Part shown: positions 24,136 through 32,902 of the stretch, piece after piece | Numbering within the stretch: the first letter of the stretch is position 1 | Layout: each line of letters opens with the position of its first letter | Source of the DNA: an uncultured Candidatus Peribacteria bacterium | GTDB taxonomy: Bacteria; Patescibacteriota; Gracilibacteria; Peribacterales; Peribacteraceae | Assembly: GCA_964348745.1 (NCBI GenBank) | Contig: CAYGDT010000003.1 | Coordinates: 1 to 36,030 of the forward strand | Direction: 5' to 3' | Length of the DNA stretch: 36,030 nucleotides | The notes under the pieces: model-generated | The model's input: only the letters and a program-made list of their open reading frames with translations | Told to the model about the DNA's origin: nothing | The model's database searches: none | Program-made: the position numbers and the translations under genes

Positions 24136-25124
24136 TGAAGCGCAAAGCTGAAAATCCTGTTCCGAAGAAGCCTTCGCTTAACTGGCACCTTCGTAATTTT
24201 ACAAATGCCGATGATGACCTGCGTCATTTGATTATGGATCTATCTCGTGCGTGTAAATACATCAGTTATGCGATTCAGACGACCGAAGCGGGTCTAGCCG
24301 GAACAACAAACGAGTTCGGTGAAAAACAACTGAAGCTTGACGTTCTTAGCGATCAACTTATACGAGACAGTCTCTGCGAAAATGGTAAGGTCTGCAACTA
24401 CATATCCGAAGAACAAAGCGACGTTATCGAGCTCGATTCTGATGGTGTATATACTGTCGTCTTCGACCCTCTCGACGGGTCATCGTTGGTGGATGCGAAC
24501 TTTTCCATCGGTACCATATTTGGTATCTACAAAAGCAACGATATTATCGGTACCACGCCGAGGCAGCAGGTTGCTGCACTGTATGTTCTCTACGGGCCTC
24601 GTACGATCCTCGTGTATTCACTTGGAAATGGCAAGGGCGTCCATGAATTCATTCTCAACGATGTCGGTGAGTTCATGCTGCTTCGCGATCACCTTGGAGT
24701 TTGCGATACTGCAAAAAACTTCAGTCCCGGAAACCTGCGTGCGATTGCCACGAATGACGGGTACAAGAATGCAATGATGCGCTGGCTCGATGAGGAAAAA
24801 ACACTCAGATATTCCGGTTGCATGGTGGCGGACATCCATCATATTTTCAGTAAGGGTCAGGGTATCTTTTCCAATATAGGCGGAGGCCCTCAAAGCAAGT
24901 ACCCCGATGGAAAACTGCGGCACGTTTTTGAATGCGGTCCTTTCGCCTTCTTGATGAATGAAGCAGGCGGATCAGCATCCGATGGTTCACTGAATATTCT
25001 TGATAAAAAAATTACGTCCATTGATCAACGCACTCCACTTATAATCGGGTCTACAGATGAAGTGGAGAGGACTGTATCTATTCTCGCTAATTCCAATACG
25101 GATTCTCCTGCAGCTTCTCAATAG
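24135..25124 (+). CDS. fbp: fructose-1,6-bisphosphatase class I
   Basis: DPLDGSS metal-binding motif and GKLRHVFECGPFAFLMNEAGGSASDG. The start ATG overlaps the gap TAA stop (TAATG). Confidence 0.9.
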   Translation: MKRKAENPVPKKPSLNWHLRNFTNADDDLRHLIMDLSRACKYISYAIQTTEAGLAGTTNEFGEKQLKLDVLSDQLIRDSLCENGKVCNYISEEQSDVIELDSDGVYTVVFDPLDGSSLVDANFSIGTIFGIYKSNDIIGTTPRQQVAALYVLYGPRTILVYSLGNGKGVHEFILNDVGEFMLLRDHLGVCDTAKNFSPGNLRAIATNDGYKNAMMRWLDEEKTLRYSGCMVADIHHIFSKGQGIFSNIGGGPQSKYPDGKLRHVFECGPFAFLMNEAGGSASDGSLNILDKKITSIDQRTPLIIGSTDEVERTVSILANSNTDSPAASQ

Positions 25125-25431
25125 CATCCTCAAGAGGAATATAACTTTCAACTTCCTTGTCTTTTCCTTTGCCGTGCAGGCGGTAGAGTTTCGCCATGGA
25201 GCGATAGCTTCCCCATGGATAGTACCGCACCTGCGGTTTACGATGCGGTCTTGTATCACGCTTTTCCGGCGCTGCAGCAGTTGCTTTCGCAGGGTCAGCA
25301 GCTGGTTGAACTCTGACCCATTCGCGTTCAAGGGCATTGCCTTCTTTGTCCCACTCTACGAGGGAAACAACCTCCCTTTTTTCGGGATCAACGTAAACGA
25401 AGTCCTCGTCTTTGTAGATCGTATCTGTCAT
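25087..25431 (-). CDS. hypothetical protein (114 aa)
   Basis: ORF with a mixed charged composition (MTDTIYKDEDFVYVDPEKREVVSLVEWDKEGN...YYPWGSYRSMAKLYRLHG). It lies downstream of the membrane-protein gene on the same strand. Its 3' end overlaps the fbp 3' end by 38 nt. Confidence 0.5.
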   Translation of the reverse strand: MTDTIYKDEDFVYVDPEKREVVSLVEWDKEGNALEREWVRVQPAADPAKATAAAPEKRDTRPHRKPQVRYYPWGSYRSMAKLYRLHGKGKDKEVESYIPLEDAIEKLQENPYWN

Positions 25432-25469
25432 AGTTTAATAGTACCACACATCGATTAGTTGATCATACA

Positions 25470-26009
25470 TTACCTTCTTCTGTACTCCTCGGGTTCTTCC
25501 GATGGCGGAGGAGGTGCACTATGCTCTTTCGCACCGCTATCATGCACAATCCCGTGTATAGAGCCTCGTTCTTCCTGGAACAACAAAAATCCGTAGAGCG
25601 TCGCGACAAAACTGCCGATCATCGTAACGTATAGACCGAAGTGTATTTCCACACGACTGAATTCAAACGTAAACTTCGTAAGAACCGACCAGACAGCGAT
25701 AGTGAGTACGGATGCCAATATGCATGCGAGCAATCGAAGAGCGTTTCTGCGGAGTTTGCTCACGATATCCGGCCCGCCAGCCAATGGCACGACAGTGACA
25801 AGCAGAATAAAGAGATGCAACATCAAAATTGCAATGCCTATGAATGAAGTGAAGAACCCCAAACCGGAATACATGATAGTTTTCCCTCCCAACCACTCAC
25901 CACCCACCCAAGGAAAAAAAACGGACACGAATGCGACAGCGGATCCTCCGTTTAATATCTTTTCCTCCAAGCTCAAGCTGATGAATTTCTGAAATGTGCT
26001 CCCTGTCAT
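25470..26009 (-). CDS. polytopic membrane protein of unknown function
   Basis: About 4-5 predicted TM helices (AVAFVSVFFPWVGG, FFTSFIGIAILMLHLFILLVTVV, LLACILASVLTIAVWSVL, LYVTMIGSFVATLYGFLLF) and an acidic/Pro-rich tail. I chose the start at Met 26009, because the track start at 26096 would overlap the divergent GT gene. Confidence 0.7.
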   Translation of the reverse strand: MTGSTFQKFISLSLEEKILNGGSAVAFVSVFFPWVGGEWLGGKTIMYSGLGFFTSFIGIAILMLHLFILLVTVVPLAGGPDIVSKLRRNALRLLACILASVLTIAVWSVLTKFTFEFSRVEIHFGLYVTMIGSFVATLYGFLLFQEERGSIHGIVHDSGAKEHSAPPPPSEEPEEYRRR

Positions 26010-26054
26010 ACGGGGAGCATAGCATTTTCCATCGACGGGAACTACACTTGCCAC

Positions 26055-27092
26055 GTGAAATGCATAATTGATGCGCGAGAGGCCTATCGCTTGCAAAAAA
26101 CCGGCAAAGGTCAGTGGACAGCCGGCTTCCTTCGGGAGCTATCTGCTCGAGATATCGATCTCACTATTCTGGTGGATCAGCCCGGTATCGCAGGAACGGT
26201 GTTTCTGCATGGAGGTCTGCGGTGGCATTTTCACGCCGCCTCGTATGTCCGACGTTCGAATCCTGATCTGTACATTGCACCGACTAGCTTTATTGTTCCG
26301 TTTCTCCTAGGGAGATCGATAGCGTTCGCTCCTGTAATTCACGACCTTATTGCCTTTATGGATGAGCCGCACGATCGCAAAGCTCGTCTGATTGAACGTC
26401 TACTCCTTCCGATTATTCTTCGTAGAGCCACATTCATCGCAACGATCAGCGCTTCGACTAAAAAAGATCTTCATGACCGCTTTCCATCACTCGATGCTTC
26501 CATCGTCGTTCCGGTGTACGCCGGACCCATGACTCAATCCCCTCCCCCCTCACGTCCGGATGCAGCGACTATTCTCTGTGCTGGAACACTCTGTCCGAGA
26601 AAAAACCAAGCAAGACTCATTCGAGCATACGCACAGCTGCCGCAATCTCTGCGTTCACGCTTTCGCCTCCTCCTCATCGGAGCTCGCGGTTGGGATGACG
26701 ATGAAATTCTTCGTCTCGTCGAGCAAACCGAAGGAGTTTCTTGGATGAACTACGTCACTGATGCGGAGTACCAGAGGCTTCTCTCGACTGCTGCTGTGCT
26801 TGCGTACCCCTCTCTCTATGAAGGGTTTGGTTTGCAGGTTCTTGATGCTCTGCAGCGCGGAACCCCTGTACTCACTTCCTCAAGAGGAAGCTTAAAAGAG
26901 GTTGTCGGCAACGCAGCCCTAACGGTTGATCCCGAGAGCGAGCAATCCATAGCTGCAGGGCTGGAGGCTCTCTTGAAAGATAGTGACCTTGCTGCTTCAC
27001 TTTCCGCTGCCGGTCCGGCGCAGGCGGATAAATTCTCTTGGAAAAAGACTGTTGATCTGTTCCTCTCGGGGCTGAAAAGCGTCGTATACTAG
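26055..27092 (+). CDS. glycosyltransferase family 1 (GT-B, GT4-like)
   Basis: C-terminal EX7E-type region YEGFGLQVLDALQRGTPVLTS. 345 aa, GTG start. Confidence 0.88.
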   Translation: MKCIIDAREAYRLQKTGKGQWTAGFLRELSARDIDLTILVDQPGIAGTVFLHGGLRWHFHAASYVRRSNPDLYIAPTSFIVPFLLGRSIAFAPVIHDLIAFMDEPHDRKARLIERLLLPIILRRATFIATISASTKKDLHDRFPSLDASIVVPVYAGPMTQSPPPSRPDAATILCAGTLCPRKNQARLIRAYAQLPQSLRSRFRLLLIGARGWDDDEILRLVEQTEGVSWMNYVTDAEYQRLLSTAAVLAYPSLYEGFGLQVLDALQRGTPVLTSSRGSLKEVVGNAALTVDPESEQSIAAGLEALLKDSDLAASLSAAGPAQADKFSWKKTVDLFLSGLKSVVY

Positions 27093-27096
27093 TATC

Positions 27097-27993
27097 ATGC
27101 TTCGCTACAAGCGCGTCGGCCTGACCGTGAAATCCGGTTTAAGTTACAAGCATGAAGCCGTACTGAAGATTACCGGAATTCTCGAGGATCTTGGTGCGAA
27201 GGTCTTTGTCGACAGTCAGCGGTTAGAAGAGATTAAGGAGGTATCGGATTATGATGTATTCAGTGAGGATGAACCGATTGACCTGCTCGTTGTCATTGGA
27301 GGTGATGGCACGATTCTCAGAGCGGTTCGTGAACTTTCAGATTTCCATACTCCACTGCTCAGTATAAATCGCGGTACGCTTGGATTTATGGCAGAGGTTG
27401 AACTGGACGAAGCAGAGACTCTTCTTCCAAAACTTCTTACGGGAGGCGGTGTCATCGAAAAGCGCAGTATTCTCCAAATTTCAGCAATACGATCAGGCAA
27501 AGTTCTGCACGAAGGCTTTGCGCTCAACGATGCCGTCATAGCGCAAGGAACGATCGCTCGTCTGGTAGATTTAAAGACGAAAGTACATGGTGAAGATCTG
27601 ACAACGTTCAATGCAGACGGACTGATTATAGCAACGCCTACAGGCTCTACTGCGTACTCCCTTGCTGCGGGGGGACCCATTGTCCATCCAACGCTCAATG
27701 CGACGATCCTCACCCCGATCAATCCGCATAGCTTCAGCCAAAAGCCGGTGGTCATCCCCAGTGATCACGAAGTGACTGTGGAAGTCATGATGAAGCAAAA
27801 TAAATACAGCGAGTCGCATGTCATCCTTACAATGGATGGGCAGGTATCCGTCTCACTCGAAAATGGCGATATTGTCCGGTGTTGCGGATGCAATAAAACC
27901 GTTTCCTTTCTACGAAGAGAGCAAGACACTTTCTTCGGGACATTACGAAAGAAATTGAAGTGGGGTGAAGGTGGGGAGCGAATGAATTCGTAG
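27097..27993 (+). CDS. nadK: NAD kinase
   Basis: GGDGT motif (VVIGGDGTILRA) and ATPTGSTAYSLAAGGP. Confidence 0.93.
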   Translation: MLRYKRVGLTVKSGLSYKHEAVLKITGILEDLGAKVFVDSQRLEEIKEVSDYDVFSEDEPIDLLVVIGGDGTILRAVRELSDFHTPLLSINRGTLGFMAEVELDEAETLLPKLLTGGGVIEKRSILQISAIRSGKVLHEGFALNDAVIAQGTIARLVDLKTKVHGEDLTTFNADGLIIATPTGSTAYSLAAGGPIVHPTLNATILTPINPHSFSQKPVVIPSDHEVTVEVMMKQNKYSESHVILTMDGQVSVSLENGDIVRCCGCNKTVSFLRREQDTFFGTLRKKLKWGEGGERMNS

Positions 27994-28004
27994 CGAGCAT
28001 ATGA

Positions 28005-29225
28005 TCACCGCATGATCATCTCCTCCCTATCGGGCCCTGTGCCAATATACGTCACAGGCACTCCTGTTTGCGCTTCTATGGTCTTCAAGAAGCTCTGCGC
28101 ATTGTCGGGGAGGTCGTCCCAGCGAGTCATACCTGCCGTACTGCGTTGCCATCCTTTCATTTTAATCATCTTCCCGTTGAGATAAACGGGGATCTCTTCT
28201 TCTTCATCGAGCACGTCGAGTTTTGTAATGTTCCAGTGCGTAAAGCCATTCAGCTTTGCTGTGAATTTGAGATCATCGATGTTTAACCAGCCTGTACGCC
28301 GCGGACGCTTGGTAATTGAACCGTATTCCCCCCCACGGTCTCGAAGGCGAGAGGCTGCAGGCTCCGTTGCTTCTGCCGGGAATTCACCGGATCCTACGCG
28401 CGTGCAATACGCTTTTGCAACTCCAATGCACGACGTAACGCAGCGCGGCGGAAGCCCGAGGCCCTGTAGTGCGCCGGCAAGCGTTGTTGAGGAACTCGTA
28501 ACGAAAGGATACGTTCCGTGATCGATATCCAAAAGAGTAGCTTGTGCACCTTCGATGATGATCGACCGCTTTGCATCGATGGCATCATGCAGATACGCAA
28601 CGGTGTTTTTGACACAATGACCGATAATTTTCTGTGCATTTGTCAGGTTTCTATGTTCCAACTGCATATCGATCTCTATTCCGAACATTTGCTTCAGTGA
28701 CGCAGCCCGTGACGAAAGTTCGGTAGACAGATCGCTCCCGAGATGTTCCAGGCGAATCCCTGTTCGTGCAGCTTTGTCCATGTACGCAGGGCCGATGCCC
28801 CGCTTGGTCGTGCCAATCCCCTCTCCTTTCTCTTTGGTTCGCTGTTCTTCCATCTTAGCGTCAATCTCTTTATGAAAGTCAAAAAGGATATGTGCTTCGC
28901 TTGAGATGTGCAGCCTCTGGAGAACGCTGATACCCGTTGCTTCCAGCACTGCAATTTCTTCCAACAAAGTCGGAAGGTGGATGACGAGACCGGAACCGAG
29001 TACGACTTGTTTGCCGGAATGCAGGCAGCCCGATGGTAGCAGTTTGAAAATATGCTTCTTCCCACCGACGACAATCGTGTGCCCGGCATTCGCTCCGCCG
29101 CAGGCACGCGCAATAATATCGTAATGCTCCGTCAGCATATCGACGATCTTTCCCTTTCCCTCGTCTCCCCACTGCGCACCAATGACAGCTGTACAAGGGC
29201 CAAGTTGCTTCAGTGGATCGGACAC
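28005..29225 (-). CDS. purA: adenylosuccinate synthetase
   Basis: P-loop GAQWGDEGKGK and GTTKRGIGPAY. GTG start, 406 aa. Confidence 0.96.
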   Translation of the reverse strand: MSDPLKQLGPCTAVIGAQWGDEGKGKIVDMLTEHYDIIARACGGANAGHTIVVGGKKHIFKLLPSGCLHSGKQVVLGSGLVIHLPTLLEEIAVLEATGISVLQRLHISSEAHILFDFHKEIDAKMEEQRTKEKGEGIGTTKRGIGPAYMDKAARTGIRLEHLGSDLSTELSSRAASLKQMFGIEIDMQLEHRNLTNAQKIIGHCVKNTVAYLHDAIDAKRSIIIEGAQATLLDIDHGTYPFVTSSSTTLAGALQGLGLPPRCVTSCIGVAKAYCTRVGSGEFPAEATEPAASRLRDRGGEYGSITKRPRRTGWLNIDDLKFTAKLNGFTHWNITKLDVLDEEEEIPVYLNGKMIKMKGWQRSTAGMTRWDDLPDNAQSFLKTIEAQTGVPVTYIGTGPDREEMIMR

Positions 29226-29278
29226 AGCGCAATTGTAGTGGAGAGTTTAGGGAATATCACTACGTAATTGCTATTAGT

Positions 29279-29599
29279 TTAATGCGCTCTGCGGCTCCTC
29301 TCCAATACTGAATCAATATCACCGCGTCCGAATCTTTCACGAATACTTTTTCGTGTTCTCGCCAAATCATTCAATTCTTCTAGAGCGCTGTGAACTGAAT
29401 GAATACCACTATTGTGGCAGCGTATCATTGTTTTTGCGCGCTCACTTGTCATGAGCAATTTGCCAAGATCGGCACTATTCGTTTGAACGATCGTCCTCAC
29501 TGCTTGGAGAATATCGTCTCGGTCATTTATCTCATGAATTTCTTCTACTGCTCTTACAATTTTTGCGTATGTTGTTTTCGGCGCATTTCTTACTTTCAT
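29279..29599 (-). CDS. hypothetical protein (106 aa, helical, AT-rich)
   Basis: ORF between prmC (18 nt upstream) and purA (53 nt downstream) on the same strand. No recognisable motif. Confidence 0.5.
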   Translation of the reverse strand: MKVRNAPKTTYAKIVRAVEEIHEINDRDDILQAVRTIVQTNSADLGKLLMTSERAKTMIRCHNSGIHSVHSALEELNDLARTRKSIRERFGRGDIDSVLERSRRAH

Positions 29600-29617
29600 A
29601 AATGCATACTATCCTTG

Positions 29618-30418
29618 CTATTTCTCGAATTCAAGCCACTGATCTGCCTTGCACTCGATAACGACTCCTTTGCAGAATTTGTGGTTTATAGCCACTTTTA
29701 GCAACAATCTTAGAATATCTGCCCCATCATTTCCACCGAAAAGTGCACTGCTTGGTTCATATTCTGAGACGTCTGCATCCAGCACTTCATTGTCTGGAAT
29801 ATAGGGTGGGTTTGAGACAATGATGAACGGTTCTGTGAAATCTGTAAAAGGATCAAGGAGGTTTCCGCTGCGAAAATCTATCACCGCACCAAGGCGCTGA
29901 GCATTCTCCTTTGCGACACGAAGGGCGCGCTCAGAAATATCAGAAGCGTAGACGGAGTACTCTGGTAATTCCAGCTTTAGTGTCACAGCTATGCAACCGC
30001 TACCCGTACCGATATCGATGATCGACCGCACGTTGTCACCTATATTGCCTAACACCTTTGTGGCGCAGACGATGCCACTATCCGCTATCCTGATTTCATC
30101 TTCTCTTCTTTGTAAAAAGTTCATCAAAAGATCAATGAGCGTCTCCGTTGCAGGTCTTGGGATCAACGTATCGGCAGACACATGAAAATCCCTTCCGTAA
30201 AACTCTTTCCTACCTGTAATGTACGCGACAGGCTCGTGCATTTTTCTGCGTGTGATGCGTGATCTCCATGCAGTGAGATCAGCAATTTCTTCTTGTGGAT
30301 GCGCATGCAACCATGCGCGATTTTTGCCAAGCAGATCTGCGAGTAAAACCTCTGCATCGAGGCGTTCGATTCCCGCCGATTCCAGTGCTTCTTTAATAGT
30401 TATGCAGGTATCATACAC
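29618..30418 (-). CDS. prmC: release factor glutamine N5-methyltransferase PrmC/HemK
   Basis: SAM motif DIGTGSGCIA and catalytic NPPY (IVSNPPYIP). The track start at 30583 adds 55 non-conserved codons antisense to the neighbouring GT gene. An in-frame GTG at 30418 gives a typical 266-aa protein. Confidence 0.88.
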   Translation of the reverse strand: MYDTCITIKEALESAGIERLDAEVLLADLLGKNRAWLHAHPQEEIADLTAWRSRITRRKMHEPVAYITGRKEFYGRDFHVSADTLIPRPATETLIDLLMNFLQRREDEIRIADSGIVCATKVLGNIGDNVRSIIDIGTGSGCIAVTLKLELPEYSVYASDISERALRVAKENAQRLGAVIDFRSGNLLDPFTDFTEPFIIVSNPPYIPDNEVLDADVSEYEPSSALFGGNDGADILRLLLKVAINHKFCKGVVIECKADQWLEFEK

Positions 30419-30420
30419 AT

Positions 30421-31470
30421 ATGGCTTTGATCGGTATCGATTGCCGCTTTGCGGCTGTACAGGCAGGACTGGGCACGTACACGAGAAACTTGGTTCCTTC
30501 GCTCGTTGCTCAATTGGCACCTCATAGTTGTATGCTCTTTGTGCGCAATAGAAATGAACCCTGGCTTGATTCCATACCTGCAAAGACGAGCGTCATTGAA
30601 TGTTCAGCCGAGCAATATTCCATTGCAGAGCAGATTCATTTTCCAATCATCATTAAAAATTCAGGCATCGATTTTCTTTTTACGCCGCACTTTAATGTCC
30701 CCTACTTCTGCCCTGTGCCGTTTGCCGTGACGATCCATGATCTAATTCTTCATCGATACCCCAATCGTGCATTTTTTTTAAAAAGGTTCGCATATCGCAT
30801 GATTATCGGACGTGCTATAAAGAATGCTGAGGCGATCATCGCCGTCAGTGATTTCACAGCAGGAGAACTCAGCGATGTGTATGGTGATCAAATGAAGGAC
30901 AAGGTGACTGTTGTGATAGAGGGTCTCGATCCACTATTTCGGCGTTGCAGTCAAAGCGAATGCGCAGAAGTCCTGGATCGGTATGATTTAAAGTCGGGTT
31001 ATCTGCTTTATGTGGGCAATGCAAAAGAGCACAAGAACCTTTCGCTCTTGCTTTCCGCCCATAAGGAAACTCCCGGACTACCCGAACTCGTACTCGTTTG
31101 TAGTGGAAAGGAATGCGCAGCACTGAAACTGCATACGGGCACCCGTTTACTCTCAAACGTGCCTGAAGCAGATCTCCCCGCAATATTCTCCTGCGCACGT
31201 TGTTTCGTAACTCCGTCACTCTACGAGGGATTTTGCTTACCTGTTCTGGAAGCTCGTGCATGCGGTCTTCCTGTCATCGCTATCAATGGAAGCGCTCTTC
31301 CGGAAGTAGCAGGAAGGCACGCCTGTCTCATAGAACCAACACCTTCAGCAATGCGAACTGCACTTGAGAATTTTCCGCTTGAGGCTGATCCCATTACTGA
31401 GGATATGTCTTGGGTACGAGTAGCCGAGCGGACGGCTGCTATACTCCGTACACATCTCGTTCATGGATAA
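30421..31470 (+). CDS. glycosyltransferase family 1 (GT-B, GT4-like)
   Basis: MALIGIDCRFA...GLGTYTRNL N-terminus and YEGFCLPVLEARACGLPVIA. 349 aa. Confidence 0.88.
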   Translation: MALIGIDCRFAAVQAGLGTYTRNLVPSLVAQLAPHSCMLFVRNRNEPWLDSIPAKTSVIECSAEQYSIAEQIHFPIIIKNSGIDFLFTPHFNVPYFCPVPFAVTIHDLILHRYPNRAFFLKRFAYRMIIGRAIKNAEAIIAVSDFTAGELSDVYGDQMKDKVTVVIEGLDPLFRRCSQSECAEVLDRYDLKSGYLLYVGNAKEHKNLSLLLSAHKETPGLPELVLVCSGKECAALKLHTGTRLLSNVPEADLPAIFSCARCFVTPSLYEGFCLPVLEARACGLPVIAINGSALPEVAGRHACLIEPTPSAMRTALENFPLEADPITEDMSWVRVAERTAAILRTHLVHG

Positions 31471-31765
31471 AGTATCACTCCTGCTCGGCAAGGTTTTGCG
31501 CAAGCGCGGCTTGCAAGATCAGGCAGCTGCTTCGTACGCGGTTTACTTAGCCAACGAATGGCTATGCCTTCATTGCGCCCCTATCGCGAAATCGATTCAA
31601 GCTGTCAGCCTAACGCATTCGATACTATTGATTGAGTCTGACCACGGAATAGCTTCTCAGGAACTCACGGGACGCATCGAGCATCTGCGGGAGTATCTTA
31701 ATACACTCGATGGTGTCTGTATTTCAGAAATTCGGATTATGCGATCAAAAGAATCTGCAATTTGA
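31463..31765 (+). CDS. DUF721 / DciA-like protein
   Basis: 100 aa. LGKVLRKRGLQDQAAASYAVYLANEWL...ILLIESDHGIASQELTGRIEHLREYLN matches the DUF721 pattern. It overlaps the GT stop by 8 nt. Confidence 0.7.
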   Translation: MDKVSLLLGKVLRKRGLQDQAAASYAVYLANEWLCLHCAPIAKSIQAVSLTHSILLIESDHGIASQELTGRIEHLREYLNTLDGVCISEIRIMRSKESAI

Positions 31766-31812
31766 CCGATTTTGCGCTTGCGCCACAGGGACCCTGCCCG
31801 TACACTCTGGCG

Positions 31813-31837
31813 GCTGATTCTGTAATCAGCAGCTTTT
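31813..31837 (+). terminator. hairpin plus T-run immediately upstream of rpsP
   Basis: GCTGATT (31813-31819), loop ctgt, AATCAGC (31824-31830), then agcTTTT. It lies 8 nt before the rpsP ATG, so it could be a terminator for the upstream gene or an attenuator. Confidence 0.35.
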
Positions 31838-31844
31838 CATCCAT

Positions 31845-32234
31845 ATGCTTCGCATTCGATTTCAGCGCACTGGCACGAAGAACACCCCTACATATCGTTT
31901 GGTCGTATGTGATAAACGAAGGGCTGCCAAAGGTAAGTCCATTGAAAACCTCGGCGTATATCTGCCCGCTCGCAAGCCTGCAGTGTTGGAAGTAAAACAG
32001 GAGAGGATACAGCACTGGATCTCCCAAGGTGCTCAGCCGACGGATACCGTAGCGCGTGTTTTGATGAAACTTGCAGGATTTAAAAAGCTGGAATCCTTCA
32101 CGCAGCGCTATACTAAGCAGAAAAGCAAAAATCCAGAAGATGTGCCTGCTCCCGTGCCGCAGAAGGCAGAAGTAAAGCCCGAAGCGAAACCTGAGCCAAT
32201 AGATGAAGGTGACAAGGCAGAAGTAGCAGCGTAA
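31845..32234 (+). CDS. rpsP: 30S ribosomal protein S16 with a Lys/Pro/Glu-rich C-terminal extension
   Basis: MLRIRFQRTGTKNTPTYRLVVCDKRRAAKGKSIENLGVYLP matches the S16 N-terminus. Confidence 0.93.
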   Translation: MLRIRFQRTGTKNTPTYRLVVCDKRRAAKGKSIENLGVYLPARKPAVLEVKQERIQHWISQGAQPTDTVARVLMKLAGFKKLESFTQRYTKQKSKNPEDVPAPVPQKAEVKPEAKPEPIDEGDKAEVAA

Positions 32235-32246
32235 ACTCTCAATGCA

Positions 32247-32510
32247 ATGAGTGACGAAAAGAAATCAGATTTGCCCGGCTACAGCTTTCTTAAGTACGTT
32301 CTTGAGTCGATTGTTGATGATACCGATGAGCTGCAGATTACGCAGCAGGAAGATGACCTCGGCATACTGCTTACAGTCCAAGTTAGCGACAAAGATATGG
32401 GCAAACTGATCGGGAAAAGCGGACAGACCATTAAAGCACTGCGAACGCTACTGAGGATTATTGGCGGAAATACCAATAAACGTGTTAATCTTAAAGTATT
32501 AGAGCCATAG
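32247..32510 (+). CDS. KH-domain RNA-binding protein (YlqC/UPF0109-like)
   Basis: GKLIGKSGQTIKALRTLLR contains the GxxG KH motif. Its position after rpsP is conserved. Confidence 0.85.
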   Translation: MSDEKKSDLPGYSFLKYVLESIVDDTDELQITQQEDDLGILLTVQVSDKDMGKLIGKSGQTIKALRTLLRIIGGNTNKRVNLKVLEP

Positions 32511-32532
32511 ATCGCCAAATTCCCCCTTTATT

Positions 32533-32850
32533 ATGCTGAGAGATCTTCTTGAAAACGCAAGTATCCTAGAAATCGTTGCAACGTTCGTTGCACTTGGGCT
32601 GATCGCAGCTTCGATTCTTTGCCTCCTCTATATCATCATAGGGGGAATCACCTTTATTCTTTCTGCAGGGAATGAGGAAAAAATTAAGAAGGCTGTGCAC
32701 ACAATTCGCTTCGCGATTGTCGGTCTCTTCGTCGCATTCTTGGCATTCTTCATCGTTGCCTTCCTCGCGAAGCTGCTCGATATTCCATTTGATCTCAACT
32801 TCTCGCTGATCGTTGATCTCATGAGTCAGATTCTTACTGCGCTCCAATAG
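32533..32850 (+). CDS. TrbC/VirB2-like (T4SS-pilin-family) small membrane protein
   Basis: 105 aa with two TM helices flanking YIIIGGITFILSAGNEEKIKKAVHTIRFAIVGLFV. This is the pattern of the small pilin-like proteins that are abundant in CPR genomes. Confidence 0.65.
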   Translation: MLRDLLENASILEIVATFVALGLIAASILCLLYIIIGGITFILSAGNEEKIKKAVHTIRFAIVGLFVAFLAFFIVAFLAKLLDIPFDLNFSLIVDLMSQILTALQ

Positions 32851-32852
32851 GG

Positions 32853-32880
32853 AAAAGCTCTTCATATGAAGAGCTTGTTT
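32853..32880. terminator. bidirectional terminator (perfect 22-nt palindrome)
   Basis: AAGCTCTTCATATGAAGAGCTT (32855-32876), flanked by an A-run and gTTT, between convergent genes. Confidence 0.7.
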
Positions 32881-32902
32881 CATTCCCTTCTCTTGGAATT
32901 CA

